This document shows, piece after piece, positions 1-12,657 of a DNA stretch of 64,000 nucleotides; position 1 is the stretch's first letter; each line of letters begins with the position of its first letter. Source of the DNA: Balanoglossus misakiensis (lineage: Eukaryota; Animalia; Hemichordata). A program made the translations under genes and the position numbers. The DNA lies in contig CM082590.2 in NCBI GenBank assembly GCA_040954595.2, forward strand, positions 1,178,001 through 1,242,000, given 5' to 3'. The notes beneath the pieces were generated by a model that was not told where the DNA came from, did no database searches, and saw only the letters and a program-made list of their open reading frames with translations.

Positions 1-520
1 ATTCGCTATACTAACAAAATTAAGTTGCAGGCAAAAAAGGGATTCACAGGTCATAAAACAATGAATGCGAACCAAACTGAGCAACACACACAGCACTCCG
101 TATACTCAGCTAGGACTCCAGTCGTGAAGCTCACGAGCAGCAAATATGCAGTAAAGTCAAAGACTTCCGACGTACAGGAAAGTCTGGTTTCGGTCCGAGT
201 GGTGTGTACTTACAACTCGAAGTCAAACAAAACAGCAGGAAAGTCTGGTTTAGGTCCAAGTGGTGTGCATGCACTCACAACTTCTGAAGTCCTTGAAGTC
301 AAACAAAACGGCCTGCGAAAGGTCCCAAACAGCAGCATGGAGTCCCCAGCACTGAAGTTACCGGCACAGTGTCCAGCGAAAAAAATAGCCACCTGACCAC
401 ATGGTAGCATGTGTATTTATACATGTCAATCAAATGAATATTCATCAACACCTGGTCACCCTAAACAAAAGAAATCTTACTAGCCAGTAAAGGTCACACT
501 AAAATGACCTCATCATCACA
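1..520 (-). repeat. Gypsy copy 1 3' LTR (partial)
   Basis: Near-identical to 12113-12632; minus strand begins TGTGATGA right after the polypurine tract. Confidence 0.95.
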
Positions 521-586
521 CACCCCCCTTAAAGAAAAGTTTTTACAAAAAAAATGTTTACAATTCTCTTACAAATACTTAGCATT

Positions 587-3500
587 CTAAACGCGAGAAA
601 GACAGTCTGCAATTAAATTATCTTTACCCTTGATATGTCTGATGTCAAGGTTAAATTCCTGCAACATCAAGCTCCATCTCAACAACCTTTGATTCCTGCC
701 TCTTATTTTTTGCAGAAATACGAGAGGGTTGTGATCAATGTAGACAACTATTGGGAAATTTGAAGCAGTCACATAGACCTCAAATTGCTGTAAAGCTAAT
801 AACAATGATAAACACTCTTTTTCAATGGTAGAGTAATTTCTCTGCGAGTTGTTAAACTTGCGTGAAAAGTAACAAATAGGATGATCTATTCCCTGATCAT
901 CTTCTTGCAATAAAACGGCGCCAGCGGCTACATCACTTGCGTCTGCCGCTAATTTGAATGGAAAATTGAAATTTGGCGCTGAGAGAACTGGGGCACTTTT
1001 CAGTATGACTTTCAATTTGTCGAATGACTGCTGACACTGATCTGACCAAACGAATTTCGTATTCTTTCTGAGTAAACGAGTCAAAGGCTCAGAAATGGTG
1101 GAGAAATTTGGACAGAATTTCCTATAGTATCCAGCCATACCAAGAAAGCGCATCAGCTGTTTCTAACAATTTGGCGGTTGAAAATTAGAAATCGCACTGA
1201 CTTTGGCGTTAATAGGCTTTACCTCGCCCTGACCGACAATGTGTCCTAGGTATGTCACTTGTGCGCAACCAAAAGCAGTTTTTGTCAAATTGACAGTCAA
1301 CTTTGCTTTACTTAATCGTTCAAAGAACGTTCGCATCATTTTCATGTGTTCATCCCAGGTGTCCGAATATATCACTACGTCGTCGACATAGGCGTCGCAT
1401 CCATCTAGTCCAGATGTGACGTCATTCATCATGCGCTGAAATGTCGCTGGTGAGTTTTTCATTCCAAATGGCATCACTTTGTACTGGAACAATCCATCGG
1501 GTGTAACAAAGGCGGATATTTCTCGGGGACGATCTGTCAGAGGGACTTGCCAGAAGCCCTTGAGCAGATCAAATTTGGTTACATACTTGGCTTTCCCCAC
1601 TCGATCAATGCAGTCGTCAATCCGGGGAATAGGAAAAGAGTCTGTCTTTGTAAGGGCGTTGACCTTTCTATAATCCGTGCACATTCGGCAGCTTCCATCA
1701 GGTTTGGGAACGAGGATGCAGGGTGAACTCCAGTTACTTTTACTTCTTTCAATGAAGTCATTGTCAAGCAAATATTCCACCTCCTCACGGAGGTATTTAG
1801 CTTTGCTGAGATTCAGTCTGTATGGATGTTGTTTCACTGGCCGGGAATTACCCACATTAACATCGTGATGAATGGTGTTTGTCCTTGATGGAATATCCAG
1901 AAATGTCTGTATTCGTGAATCAGTTCTTTCACATCTTGTTGCTGTGACGGATGGAGGTGTGACAACTTGGAGTCCATATCTTGGAGAATATCAGATTTTT
2001 CGAGTCTGGCTGTGCTCAGTCGGTCACATAGAATGTTTTCACACAAATCAACTTCCCTATCATTACAAATATTAGAACTGACTGCATTGACAGGTTGTGC
2101 AACTGCAACTTTAGTATTGGACCTATTTCTTTCTATGTAGGGTTTAAGCATATTTACATGACACAACTGTTTTTGTTTACGCCTGTCAGGAGTTACCACA
2201 ACATAATTTAGATCAGTCAACTTCTTATCAATGGCGTAAGGACCAAAATAGCGGGCTTGGAGGGGCTTTCCGGGAACCGGAAGGAAAACTAGCACCTTTT
2301 GGCCAGACTCAAACTTCTGTTTGGAAGTATTTCTATCATATTTTGCTTTCATAGACCTTTGTGATGACTTCAGGCTTTCTTTAGCCAATTCACACGCCCT
2401 AGAAAGTCTGCTACGAAAATCGGATACATATTCTAAGAGGTTCAAACTCTCACTTTCATCTGATAAGAACTTTTCTTTAAGCAATTTAAGTGGTCCCCGC
2501 ACAGTATGCCCAAACACAAGTTCAAATGGGCTAAAACCCAAAGATTCTTGAACAGACTCTCGCACTGCAAATAGAAGAAAATGAATCCCATCATCCCAAT
2601 GCTGTTCTGTGTCGAAACAATACGCCCTAATCATGTTTTTCAAAGTTTGATGGAACCGTTCAAGAGCACCTTGGCTCTCAGGATGATACGCCGAAGACCT
2701 ATACTGCTTAATGCCTAGCTGATCCATGACTTGTTGGAAAATTCCAGACATGAAATTTGAACCTTGATCAGACTGGACAGACTTCGGGAGACCAACAAGT
2801 GTAAAAAACTTGACTAAAGCTTTCACTATAGTTCTAGCTTTTATATCTCTGAGAGGTATGGCTTCAGGGAAGCGAGTACTTGTACACATTATTGTCAACA
2901 TATATTGATTTCCTGATCTGGTTTTGGGTAGGGGGCCCACACAATCTATGAGTATCCTACTAAATGGTTCATGAAATGCAGGAATTGGCTGTAAAGGAGC
3001 TTTTGGAATGGTTTGATTTGGCTTCCCTACCAATTGACATGTGTGGCAAGACTTACAGAATTGTGCAACATCTTTCCGAATACCGGGCCAGTAAAAATGA
3101 CCAAGAACTTTGTGATATGTTTTCCTTATACCAAGGTGACCAGCCATGGGCGTTTCATGGGCAAGGCGGAGTATTTCTGTACGGTAAGAATTTGGAACAA
3201 CAATTTGATGTTTCACTGCCCAAACATCACTTACTAAAACATCTGGAGGTCTCTATTTACGCATGAGTATGCCAGATTTTGTATAATAACAGACAGAATT
3301 CTCTGAAATATCAGTCTCATCAGTAACTCTATCAAACAAGCATGAAATCTCAAGATCCCTATGTTGTTCATCAATAAGATGTGACCTAGAAAATATTTCA
3401 CTTTGATCAGATGGAGTTTCATGTAATTGGGCATCAAACACTCGACTAAGAAACGTGTCAGTCAAATCAACGTCTTTGACGTTTGTTTTAAACTCATCAA

Positions 3501-4644
3501 GATTATCTGACGTTTTTCTCGACATAGCTCGAGTAACTGCACAGGCAGGATACAAATCAGGAATTTCCTGTTCAATTGGATCTTGGTCTTGATTAAGACA
3601 AGGATTGTCCGTCACAAGTGGATTTGTAACAACTCTGTCCCCCGCAATGTCATTTCCAAGAAGAAGGTGAATCCCCTCAAAAGGTAAAGAAGGCCTAATA
3701 CCCAAAGTCACAGGCCCTGAAACTAAGTCCGAAGACAAATACACGTTATGGAGTGGAACAGGTGTATACTCAATAGAATCTACACCTTTAATAAGAACGT
3801 TTGAACCTGAAAACGACTCTTCAGAAAACGGCAATGTATCTATCAACAAAAGAGACTGAGAAGCCCCAGTATCTCTTAAAATCTTAACAGGAGTCGCACA
3901 AGACAAATCACTTGAAAGTGATACAAAACCATCATGAATAAATGGTCCGAAAATACCCATAATGCTATCGTGAGATTTACTCTTGACTTCCTTGGCTGGA
4001 AATTCAACCTCAGAAAATGTGTTAACCACATCATTAATATCATTAGACTCAAGTCTGGATGATGAAGCAATAAAGCCAGTTGGCTTGTATCCTTCACTTT
4101 GATTATTTTCCCGTTTTCTTTTCAATTTGAAACAATCTGATATCAAATGACCCTCTTTCTTACAATAACTACAAGTGATGGTACCAAAATGCCTTCCAGT
4201 AGAGGGAACTTGTGACTTGACATCGGTAGGCTTTGAGTTCACACGGGAACTTTGTGAACTGCTATTTGATTTGTACGAAAACTGACTATCTTTTGGAGAC
4301 AGCGAGTTAAATTTCCCTGTGTTATTTCTATATGAAAATGACTGGGATGGTTTGTTGACAACCTGTGTTTTATGAATCAAAGAATAATCATCGGCCAAAC
4401 GTGAAGCAACGTCCAACGTTTCTGCTTTTTGTTCCCCGATAAACGTTCTGATATCCCCATGTATACATCTTTTAAACTCTTCAATCAAGACAAGCTGTCG
4501 TAGTTTTTCAAATTTATCATCAACCTTCTCAGAAAAACACCAACGGTCAAACAGCTGCTCTTTTGTTCGAGCGAATTCAACATAAGTTTGATCCCTTGCT
4601 TTCTCACAATCTCGAAACTTCTGGCGGTAAGCTTCCGGAACCAA
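587..4644 (-). pseudogene. Gypsy copy 1 gag C-terminus/protease/integrase/RT/RNase H, disrupted
   Basis: ORFs 3253-4644, 1834-3216, 1163-1855, 587-1153; in-frame TAG stops at ~3253 and ~1163 (shared with copy 2) and a private 4-bp deletion near 1903. Confidence 0.92.
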
Positions 4645-4646
4645 CT

Positions 4647-6495
4647 AGAATTGTTTTTAACGAAATTAAAGTGAATTCAATGTACTAAAGTCAACGTGTT
4701 AGTCGCGTGTGTTGTATTATCGATATTGACTGGGTCCGAGTGTTCATCGTCGAAATCTTGACGTTCGTTCTGCGATAGCCTGGTATTTGTTTGGACGTTC
4801 AAAGGCATCACAAAGTGGCGCAGGAACCCGTACTGGAGTTGTCTGTCAGCAGACGTGGTTCTCCACCAACAATCTGGTTGACTAATTTGTTGGTCAGCTT
4901 CTTCTGGAACAATTAAGAAACCAAAAACGTGTTCGTAATGATTTATGCAACAAAATGGTTTAACGATAGAACGAAACTAATGTATATTGTCGAAACATTC
5001 GAGAAATGCAATTGACATGCAGTTTTATTCAGCACTCATCAACATTTAAATTCATACCGTATGTACTTTTCTCACGGATGTTGCGGACAATATAACCACC
5101 CTTCTTGTACTTTGGATATACGATACTGCATCGGGCTTGTCCGGTTCGGGTTTTGGCCTGTGACTTGTCGCTGTTTTCATTGTAGTGAAGAGCTGCTAAC
5201 AGCAGTCTGAAACAAAATGGGAAAATGTAATCATCATAATTTTCAAGATCTCCAAAACGGAACAAATGGTCTACGTAAAAATAATGTCATCTACTAACTG
5301 GAAGGGAAAGTGTATACACCACAACCATGATTAGTCAAATCTTGATAAGCACAAATTTGTTTGCAAATCTATCCACACTCTAGGGGATTTTTGTTTCAAA
5401 TAAGGTGCAAATTGATAGCGGAAAACGTCCTGGCAACTACACTAATGGCAGCAATGCTGGAGGGAAAGTGAATTATACAATAGCGATTTTCACTCCTATA
5501 TGGCATGATACGTTTTGATCAACTACAATTCACACTTTCATGCCAATTGAATGGATTGGTATTGTGGAGGGTGGAAGGCCAGATGGTTTCACTGGATAAG
5601 GCTTGTCAATCGCGGCATGCGCATCAAATGAAACACTTGTCACCTCGTTTTCTAGAGGAAAAAACACGGGAAGCGGTGCAGGGTAGAGTTGTCCTACCAA
5701 GAGAAACAAGCCCCGAAACACTTTCAACGGCATTGCTAGTATTTATTTCATGGGTTTCGAGAGTTTTTTTTGAAACCATCCGTGCATAAACTAAGACATC
5801 GTAGGCAAACGTCATAATAATATGTACATGTAAGAAACTTACCCTGCGTCTTCCTCTTTTGGCAAAGGCATCTCGTTGACGCGCACTGAAGCCTTCTGCA
5901 CAATTTATAGTCCGAGTCGCGTTCGACGATGGCTTGAGGAAAACAGTCGGAACAGCACCTTCTTTTAGATTTTTCTTATGCTGAAACCCGAATTCGGCCA
6001 TTAGATGCGATCGCTCTTCAAATGAATCTGGGACGAAGTGAGAACTACATAGGACACTGCTTCTTGACGGTCCTGACCACCTGTCGCGCGTTTTCTTAAC
6101 TTGTTTGGTCCAAGCTTCACAAAGTTCCTTATCTCTTGGAACAGTGAACAAACTTACTTTGTCCGCATGCGACTTACTGCAGCCTGCTGCTACGCAACGT
6201 TTCACCATCTTTTTGATCTTTTTTCCGACTCTCCTATGACACCTGCTTTGGTTACGCACCGGTACGGCAGCCAAAGTAGTCTACTTGTGACGACATAGTT
6301 TATCGGATATTTTCGGAAACCGAAGTGTACCGAAGAAACTCGAAGAAAAACGACGGTGGCCCGACGATTGTTCAATGAAAAGTGTATGATTTTATTGGAT
6401 GTGAGATTGTTTCGTACAATATACTGCTCATAAACTTTGAAAGGACATCTATAATGGCAAATATTCAGGGCGTAAACAGGGTCAAAATTATCCAA
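4647..6495 (-). mobile_element. Internally deleted THAP-transposase (Kolobok/KolobokP-like) fragment inserted in Gypsy gag, copy 1
   Basis: Splits gag between ..ELILK and LVPEAYRQKF; THAP exon 5843-6208 (CVAAGC..W..LCSSHF..AVPTVF); C-terminal motifs RLLLAALHYNEN and PAPLCDAFERPNK..SRF; no clear TIR. Confidence 0.7.
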
Positions 6496-6834
6496 CTTTA
6501 AGTATTAATTCTTTAACAGTGTTATAATCAGAAGCTTGCTCAACTGATAATTGTATGTAAACCTCTCTGGCTTTACCAACCAAAGCACTCTGCAAAAGCA
6601 TGCACCAAAATTCTTTAGGCCACTTCATACTTTCAGCAACTTTCTCGAAATGAAGAAAATATTTATCGACATCTTTCTCCTGGAAATAGATAGATAGATA
6701 GATTTTATTTCAGTACTGGTGGCCTCCGGCCAAAATGTACAAATCAGTAAGTATAAATTGTTAGCTTATCGCTAGACATGTTGAACACAGCAGAGCAAAA
6801 AAAATACATAAATAATAAATAATAAACGAATGTA

Positions 6835-9800
6835 TTAAGTGTCGTTCATGGTATCCTCTCTAAGTTTGGTGGCATAAAAGATAAACCTACTAAGATTTCT
6901 CAGTGTAGTTGTATGTTGGGATGTTAAGAGTAGCTTAAACTTATATACCAATGGGGGATTAAAATAAAATTGCGAAAAATATTTCTGGCGAAGTTCAGTG
7001 TACAATGGACAAACAAGTAAAAAGTGAAATTCATCTTCAACAGTGTTACAATCACACATTTCACAAATCCTTAAAGCCCTTGGAGTATTATTCTTGCGTC
7101 CAGATTCAATTTTCAAGTTATGTGCTGAAGTTCTAAATTTACAGAGTGCAATTCTGAAAATGGCTTTATCAATACAAGTTAAGTATGGTTCTAAAGTCAG
7201 TTCTCTTTTAAAAGTGGCATATGTATCTAATTTACGTGATTCATTCATTTCATTCGACCAAAGCTGGATATCTATGTCAATACAACGCTGTTTAAACATT
7301 TTCAAAAAATCTGCTTCACTCCCAACTCCTTGTTGTTCCCAGACCTCCCCAAAACCATAACTCTGGAGCAAATATTTAACATTTTTAGCCCAAAAATTGT
7401 ATTTTTGTACATTAATATTCTGGAGTTGGAAATCGTAACATTTAAAAAGTAGTCTATTTGTATCCATACTTACAAATCTAAGCCAGTATTTGATTATCTT
7501 ACAATATATATGCACACGCAATGATACTCTACCCAATTCCCCCCTAATGGCAGCAATGGAGGTATTTGTATACAAATTTAAAATAAAACGCAACATACTA
7601 TTATGGACCATTTCAATATTTTTAGCATGGTGAAAGCCCCAGATTTCGGAACCATAGAGTAGAATTGGTAAGATTTTACAGTCGAAAATCTTTAAAGCTA
7701 GTGATGGCGGAAGAGTTCCAAACTTACAAAGACCAGATTTTAAGCTAAAAAGGGCTCTGTTAGCCTGCTCACTTAAACATTTCTGTGCTTGAAACCATTG
7801 CCCAGTCCAGGAGAATACAATGCCCAAATAACTTTGAAAGGATGTAACTGCCACCCGTGACCCATTATAAAACCACTTCTCATAATTCTTAAGGCTTCCA
7901 CCCCTCCTAAATACAATTATTTTAGTTTTATTCATGTTGACAGATAGTTTCCACTTACTACTATAATCAAACAATCTGTTTAACAAACGTTGAAGACCTG
8001 TTTTAGAGCTGCTGATTAAGGTAAGGTCATCTGCAAAAAGTAAATAAATAAGTTTCAAAATACCAATATCAACGCCAGAAAAATGTGAAGTACTTCCTAG
8101 AGATTCCCCAATGTCATCAATGAACATTGAAAACAAAAGAGGTGACAACACTGAACCTTGTTGAACACCATAGCTACATGTAAATAGCTCAGTAATACAG
8201 GTTGGTGTTCGTACACAAGATTTGACATTTTGATACATAGAGTGAATAACATTATACATTTTACCATTTACACCAGATTGGAGTAATTTGTAAATCAAAC
8301 AGTAATGGTCAATTCTATCAAAAGCTTTTTCAAAGTCAATAAAAGCTACATATAATCTACCCTTTTTATTTGCTAAGTATTTTGAAATAATTGTATGGAG
8401 AATAAATAAATTATCTGAAGTACAATAAGATTTTCTGAATCCCGCTTGTTCTTCGACAATGGTGTGGTTTTCGTCTAGCCATTTGTGCAATCTGATATCA
8501 AGAATATTACAAAAAATCTTTCCCATTATTGGTAACAAGGTAATACCTCTATAATTATTTGTACAGTTTCTGTCCCCCTTTTTGTAGATAGGAACAATGA
8601 CACCATGTGCCCATTGTGGTGGGAAAATTCCCGCTTCAAAAACAACATTGAAAAGTTTACACATCATTTCCTTTATAACAAGTGGACAATTTCTATAAAA
8701 ATCAGGGCTAATACCATCAATGCCAGATGCTTTGCCACTTTTAAGCTTCTTAATACAAATGTCAATTTCATCCAAAGTAATAGCAGAATTGAGTAAATCA
8801 ACGTCAGCATGGACTCTTTCGTCCTCCGTCTCAACATTATCAACAACATTCTTAATTTCATCATGGAAATCTACAAAACTATCATTTTCTAAGCCTGGTG
8901 TATTCAAAAGGGAATTAAAATAATTCAACCAGTCGTCAGTGTTAATTTCAGAAGAAGGGGAATTTGACTTCCCCTTTACCAATGACCAGAAATACCTGGA
9001 GTTCATTTGTTTGGCCGCAACCGTAAGTGAATGAAGATTACAACTCTTGAAGTTTTGCTTCTTCCATGTGACAAACTCACGGTACTCGTGCTTACATCTT
9101 TTCAATATTTCTAAATTGCATATTGATCTGTTATTTCTATATCTATTTACATAAGTGTTTAAAGTTCGCTTAAAATTCTTGCATTCGTTATCAAACCATG
9201 AGGTCCCAGAACTCCTTTGTAGATCAGTTTGTCTTACAGCACAATAACATGTATGTTTCATATCATTCGCTGCTGACTGCAACATCTTCACAAGGCAAAT
9301 AGCGGCCTCGTCAACATTTAAGTTTGCGATATGTAACTCAAAATTGAAAATTCATTCTCTGGCTTGGGTAGAATCCCAATATGCATAAAAAGAATCTGAT
9401 TTCTCATTGTCCCAAATATATTTGACAAAACTAGTCGCAGTATTTAGGTTGTCAGTGACATCACTGACATGACCATTTTGAATGGTATCTGAACTTGAAG
9501 GGTTTGTTACAACATTGAACAACAGAGGTTGATGATCTGACTCAATCCTGAGATCAACTTGAAAATGTACAATATTGGGGAAATTACATGGAAAAGCAAG
9601 TAGATAGTCTATTACACTAGATCCTGAATCATTAACAAATGTAAAATCACCACTGCCGGACTCTTTGTAGAGTCTGCCATTGACTATACGCAGGTCTGTG
9701 GACTTACAAAATTCGAGAAATGTCTTACCATTATTATTACACACTACATCTTTGTTTTCACGGATTGGAACATCCATGATAAAGTCATTCAAAACTACAA

Positions 9801-10395
9801 TATCTGACCAAGCAAATCTAGAAACATCCTCATTTATAAAATCAGGTTCATTTGCTGTACGGGCATTAAAGTCGCCACAGATGAAAAATTGTGAATTAGG
9901 AAATTCTATGACAAACTGGGCCAGTTCATGGTTTAAGATATCAAAAATACATCTTGAATCATCATTTCCAACCTTATCAGGTGGAACATACACAACAGAA
10001 AAAATACATACTGGGACCAGTGAATTATTTGCATTGTACAAAAATACCCATACAATATTCTCTGATGTACTGTTAATAAGCTTCATCTTTAAATTACTAA
10101 GTTCTGTTCTGTAATAAACAACTATACCCCCAGGATGTCTACCATATTTAGCTTTTTTGAACCCTGGTTTTTCAAATACATTGTAGCCAGGAATGTTAAC
10201 ATATGAATCCTTTGAAATCCATGTTTCAACCAGGCAGATCAAATCAAAGCTTTGAAGGTAACTAACAAAATCCAGATCTCTAAGTTTTGATACAAGCCCA
10301 TGTACATTCCAAAAAATACAACGCAAGTGATGCTCAGTGAGATTATCATACTGCGGAGAAATGACACGCTCAGATTCGTGGCCTTGGCCTTCATC
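6835..10395 (-). pseudogene. LINE ORF2: APE endonuclease + reverse transcriptase + C-terminal Cys/His motif, one premature TGA at 9352-9354
   Basis: WNVHG, ETW, GDFNA, IDY, SDH endonuclease motifs; QGSVLSP and FADD RT motifs; CEMC..EDEFHFLLVC; ORFs 9352-10326 and 6835-9291 are in one frame. Confidence 0.92.
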
Positions 10396-11355
10396 CTATC
10401 TACGGTCGCGGTTCACTCTTCTATCGGGTAGCGGACGGATATCGTCAAGCGCACTGTCATAAATGTACGTGGTACCGTCTATTTTCAGTTTATCATATGA
10501 TAGAAACGCTCTCTTACCCTGAGCTCTTGCAGCTGCTAGGTGGTGACCGAGCTTACGTCTGATATCTCTGACTCTTTTGGTGAAATCTTCTGTGACCTTG
10601 AATTCGGTGTCTTTTAAAACCTTGGCTGCTTGGTAGACTTGATTCCGTTGTTTGACGTGCGTGAACTTCGCGATTATTGGCTGCGGACGTGCGCGAGCAC
10701 CTGGAATGCGATGTACCCGGTCGAACTCTGTCGTGCTGCCGTCAACTCCAAGTTTGTCCGTAATGAATGTTCTGACCTTGGTTTCTGATTGTTCCCATGT
10801 CTCGTTTTCATCCTGGGCAATGCCTCTAAAGATCAGGTTTTCTCGTTTCAGTTGACCTTTCAGATCGTCCAGTTCATTTGTTAGCTCTCCGATGTTATCG
10901 TTAAGGTTCTTGTTTTCCTCAGCTAGCCGTGCGGTTTCTTCTCGAGCGTCTTGTAGTTGTTCTTTTACATCTTGCAAATCTTCAAAAATATTGTCAATCT
11001 TTCTATTCAAATCGTCGGCCATTTTGTCCATTTGTCTACTGAGGTCACGATTTACGTTACGTAACTCTCGCATAACGTCTTCCAAGCTGATATTGTCTTT
11101 ATCTGCCGGTGTATTTGCTTCAAAAAGTTTGGTTTGCCTTGTTCTTCTTACTGGTTGTTGTTGGCTGTTTGGGTGGGGTCCCGGGTTACTCTCAATATCT
11201 CCAGACAGCAGTAATGTGGATATAAGAGCAAGTCGAATAGCCAAGCATAAAACATTCAAATTACCGCCGTGGCCAAGATGGCGTACACATGTCCCACTCG
11301 GTGGATGGTTGAAGGTTCCAACTCTCGCTCTCCACACTTCTATAGGCACACCCAT
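10396..11355 (-). CDS. LINE ORF1 (coiled coil + RRM-like, L1 ORF1p-type) with N-terminal 2A-like peptide
   Basis: ATG at 11355 (MGVPIEVWRARVG), LLLSGDIESNPGP, heptad-rich region, NLIFRGI..DRVHR..PIIAKF..EDFT; 319 aa. Confidence 0.85.
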   Translation of the reverse strand: MGVPIEVWRARVGTFNHPPSGTCVRHLGHGGNLNVLCLAIRLALISTLLLSGDIESNPGPHPNSQQQPVRRTRQTKLFEANTPADKDNISLEDVMRELRNVNRDLSRQMDKMADDLNRKIDNIFEDLQDVKEQLQDAREETARLAEENKNLNDNIGELTNELDDLKGQLKRENLIFRGIAQDENETWEQSETKVRTFITDKLGVDGSTTEFDRVHRIPGARARPQPIIAKFTHVKQRNQVYQAAKVLKDTEFKVTEDFTKRVRDIRRKLGHHLAAARAQGKRAFLSYDKLKIDGTTYIYDSALDDIRPLPDRRVNRDRR

Positions 11356-12031
11356 TTCCAAAGATCGCTGGCGGTGCTGACAAGGATTTGAAGTAACTGG
11401 TCGTACGGTCTTCTGTGCAAAAAACGTCCGTAGGAAGCGTAAAATTGGGAAAAAATCAAGGACCGACTTGACTAGTATGTGTCTACCTGAACGCCCTCTA
11501 GCGACCTTCTCCTGGAAATGAGGAACCAATTTAAAATGTTTTGTGACGTCAAAACTGTACGAACTTGAAGTTGTCTCAAGATAACCTGACCTACCACCTA
11601 ACTCTAATCTTTTCATTTCTAATTCCATCCGTTGTAGTTCTAATCTTTCTTCTCTCCCCTTCTCTTCAAGTTGCATTTGAAGTTCAATTCTCTTAAGTTC
11701 TAACTGGGTTTCAAATTTTTTAAGTTCTATTTCTTTAGACTCGGAAACGTAACATTTTAGAGCAGTCTCATCAAACGCATCCAAATCAACCAAATATTTC
11801 GCAACCTTGTATTGTATCTCTAATTTTCTCATAGACCTTTTAACAGGGACCTTTAGAAACTGTGCTAATATGATAAGCTGTTCTTTTCTGAGAGAATCAA
11901 ACACATCTTGATCGGGCTCCTTCATAAACGCTTCAGGGCTAAAGTCTGGCATGTCGGAAAACCGCTGAGTTCACACAAAGCCGAAACAAATATATTGGAC
12001 AATTTTCAAACGAGTACACAAATTCAAATAT

Positions 12032-12048
12032 TCCCGGACGAGCCCCCA
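12032..12048 (-). promoter_or_regulatory. Primer-binding site complementary to tRNA-Pro 3' end (copy 1)
   Basis: Minus strand TGGGGGCTCGTCCGGGA 5 nt inside the 5' LTR end. Confidence 0.9.
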
Positions 12049-12053
12049 ATTTC

Positions 12054-12632
12054 TGATATGACAGAAAGGGCGAAGTCAGTGGTTTTCCTTTTATAAAAAG
12101 TATTTAATGGCTATTCGCTATACTAACAAAATTAAGTTGCAGGCAAAAAAGGGATTCACAGGTCATAAAACAATGAATGCGAACCAAACTGAGCAACACA
12201 CACAGCACTCCGTATACTCAGCTAGGACTCCAGTCGTGAAGCACACGAGCAGCAAATATGCAGTAAAGTCAAAGACTTCCGACGTACAGGAAAGTCTGGT
12301 TTCGGTCCGAGTGGTGTGTACTTACAACTCGAAGTCAAACAAAACAGCAGGAAAGTCTGGTTTAGGTCCAAGTTGTGTGCATGCACTCACAACTTCTGAA
12401 GTCCTTGAAGTCAAACAAAACGGCCTGCGAAAGGTCCCAAACAGCAGCATGGAGTCCCCAGCACTGAAGTTACCGGCACAGTGTCCAGCGATAAAAATAG
12501 CCACCTGACCACATGGTAGCATGTGTATTTATACATGTCAATCAAATGAATATTCATCAACACCTGGTCACCCTAAACAAAAGAAATCTTACTAGCCAGT
12601 GAAGGTCACACTAAAATGACCTCATCATCACA
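12054..12632 (-). repeat. Gypsy copy 1 5' LTR (579 bp)
   Basis: TG..CA termini on minus strand; flanked by ATAT at 12633-12636. Confidence 0.95.
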
Positions 12633-12657
12633 ATATGTTAGCATGCACATCATATAT

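Larger units (their letters stand above)
6688..11506 (-). mobile_element. Apparently full-length non-LTR retrotransposon, RTE-X-like
   Basis: 13-bp TSD TTCTCCTGGAAAT (6675-6687, 11507-11519); AATAAA then (ATCT)n 3' tail; absent from the equivalent gag site in copy 2 (~49216-49228). Confidence 0.92.
1..12632 (-). mobile_element. Gypsy LTR retrotransposon, Gmr1-like (gag-PR-IN-RT-RH), copy 1; defective, carries THAP insert and LINE insert; 3' LTR cut by window edge
   Basis: LTRs at 1-520 and 12054-12632; PBS 12032-12048; PPT ~523-530; ORFs with CCHC knuckle (CSYCKKEGHLISDC), protease (LRDTGAS), integrase (HHCC + D/D/E), RT (YVDD), RNase H (DAS..E..D) in the order IN before RT. Confidence 0.95.

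Noticed and set aside
25-410. 123-133-aa and 66-aa ORFs repeated four times
   Set aside because: They lie inside the Gypsy LTRs; recurrence reflects LTR identity and no domain is recognisable
9345-9360. TGA within LINE ORF2 as a second readthrough site
   Set aside because: No recognisable readthrough context; more likely a copy-specific nonsense mutation, testable against other copies
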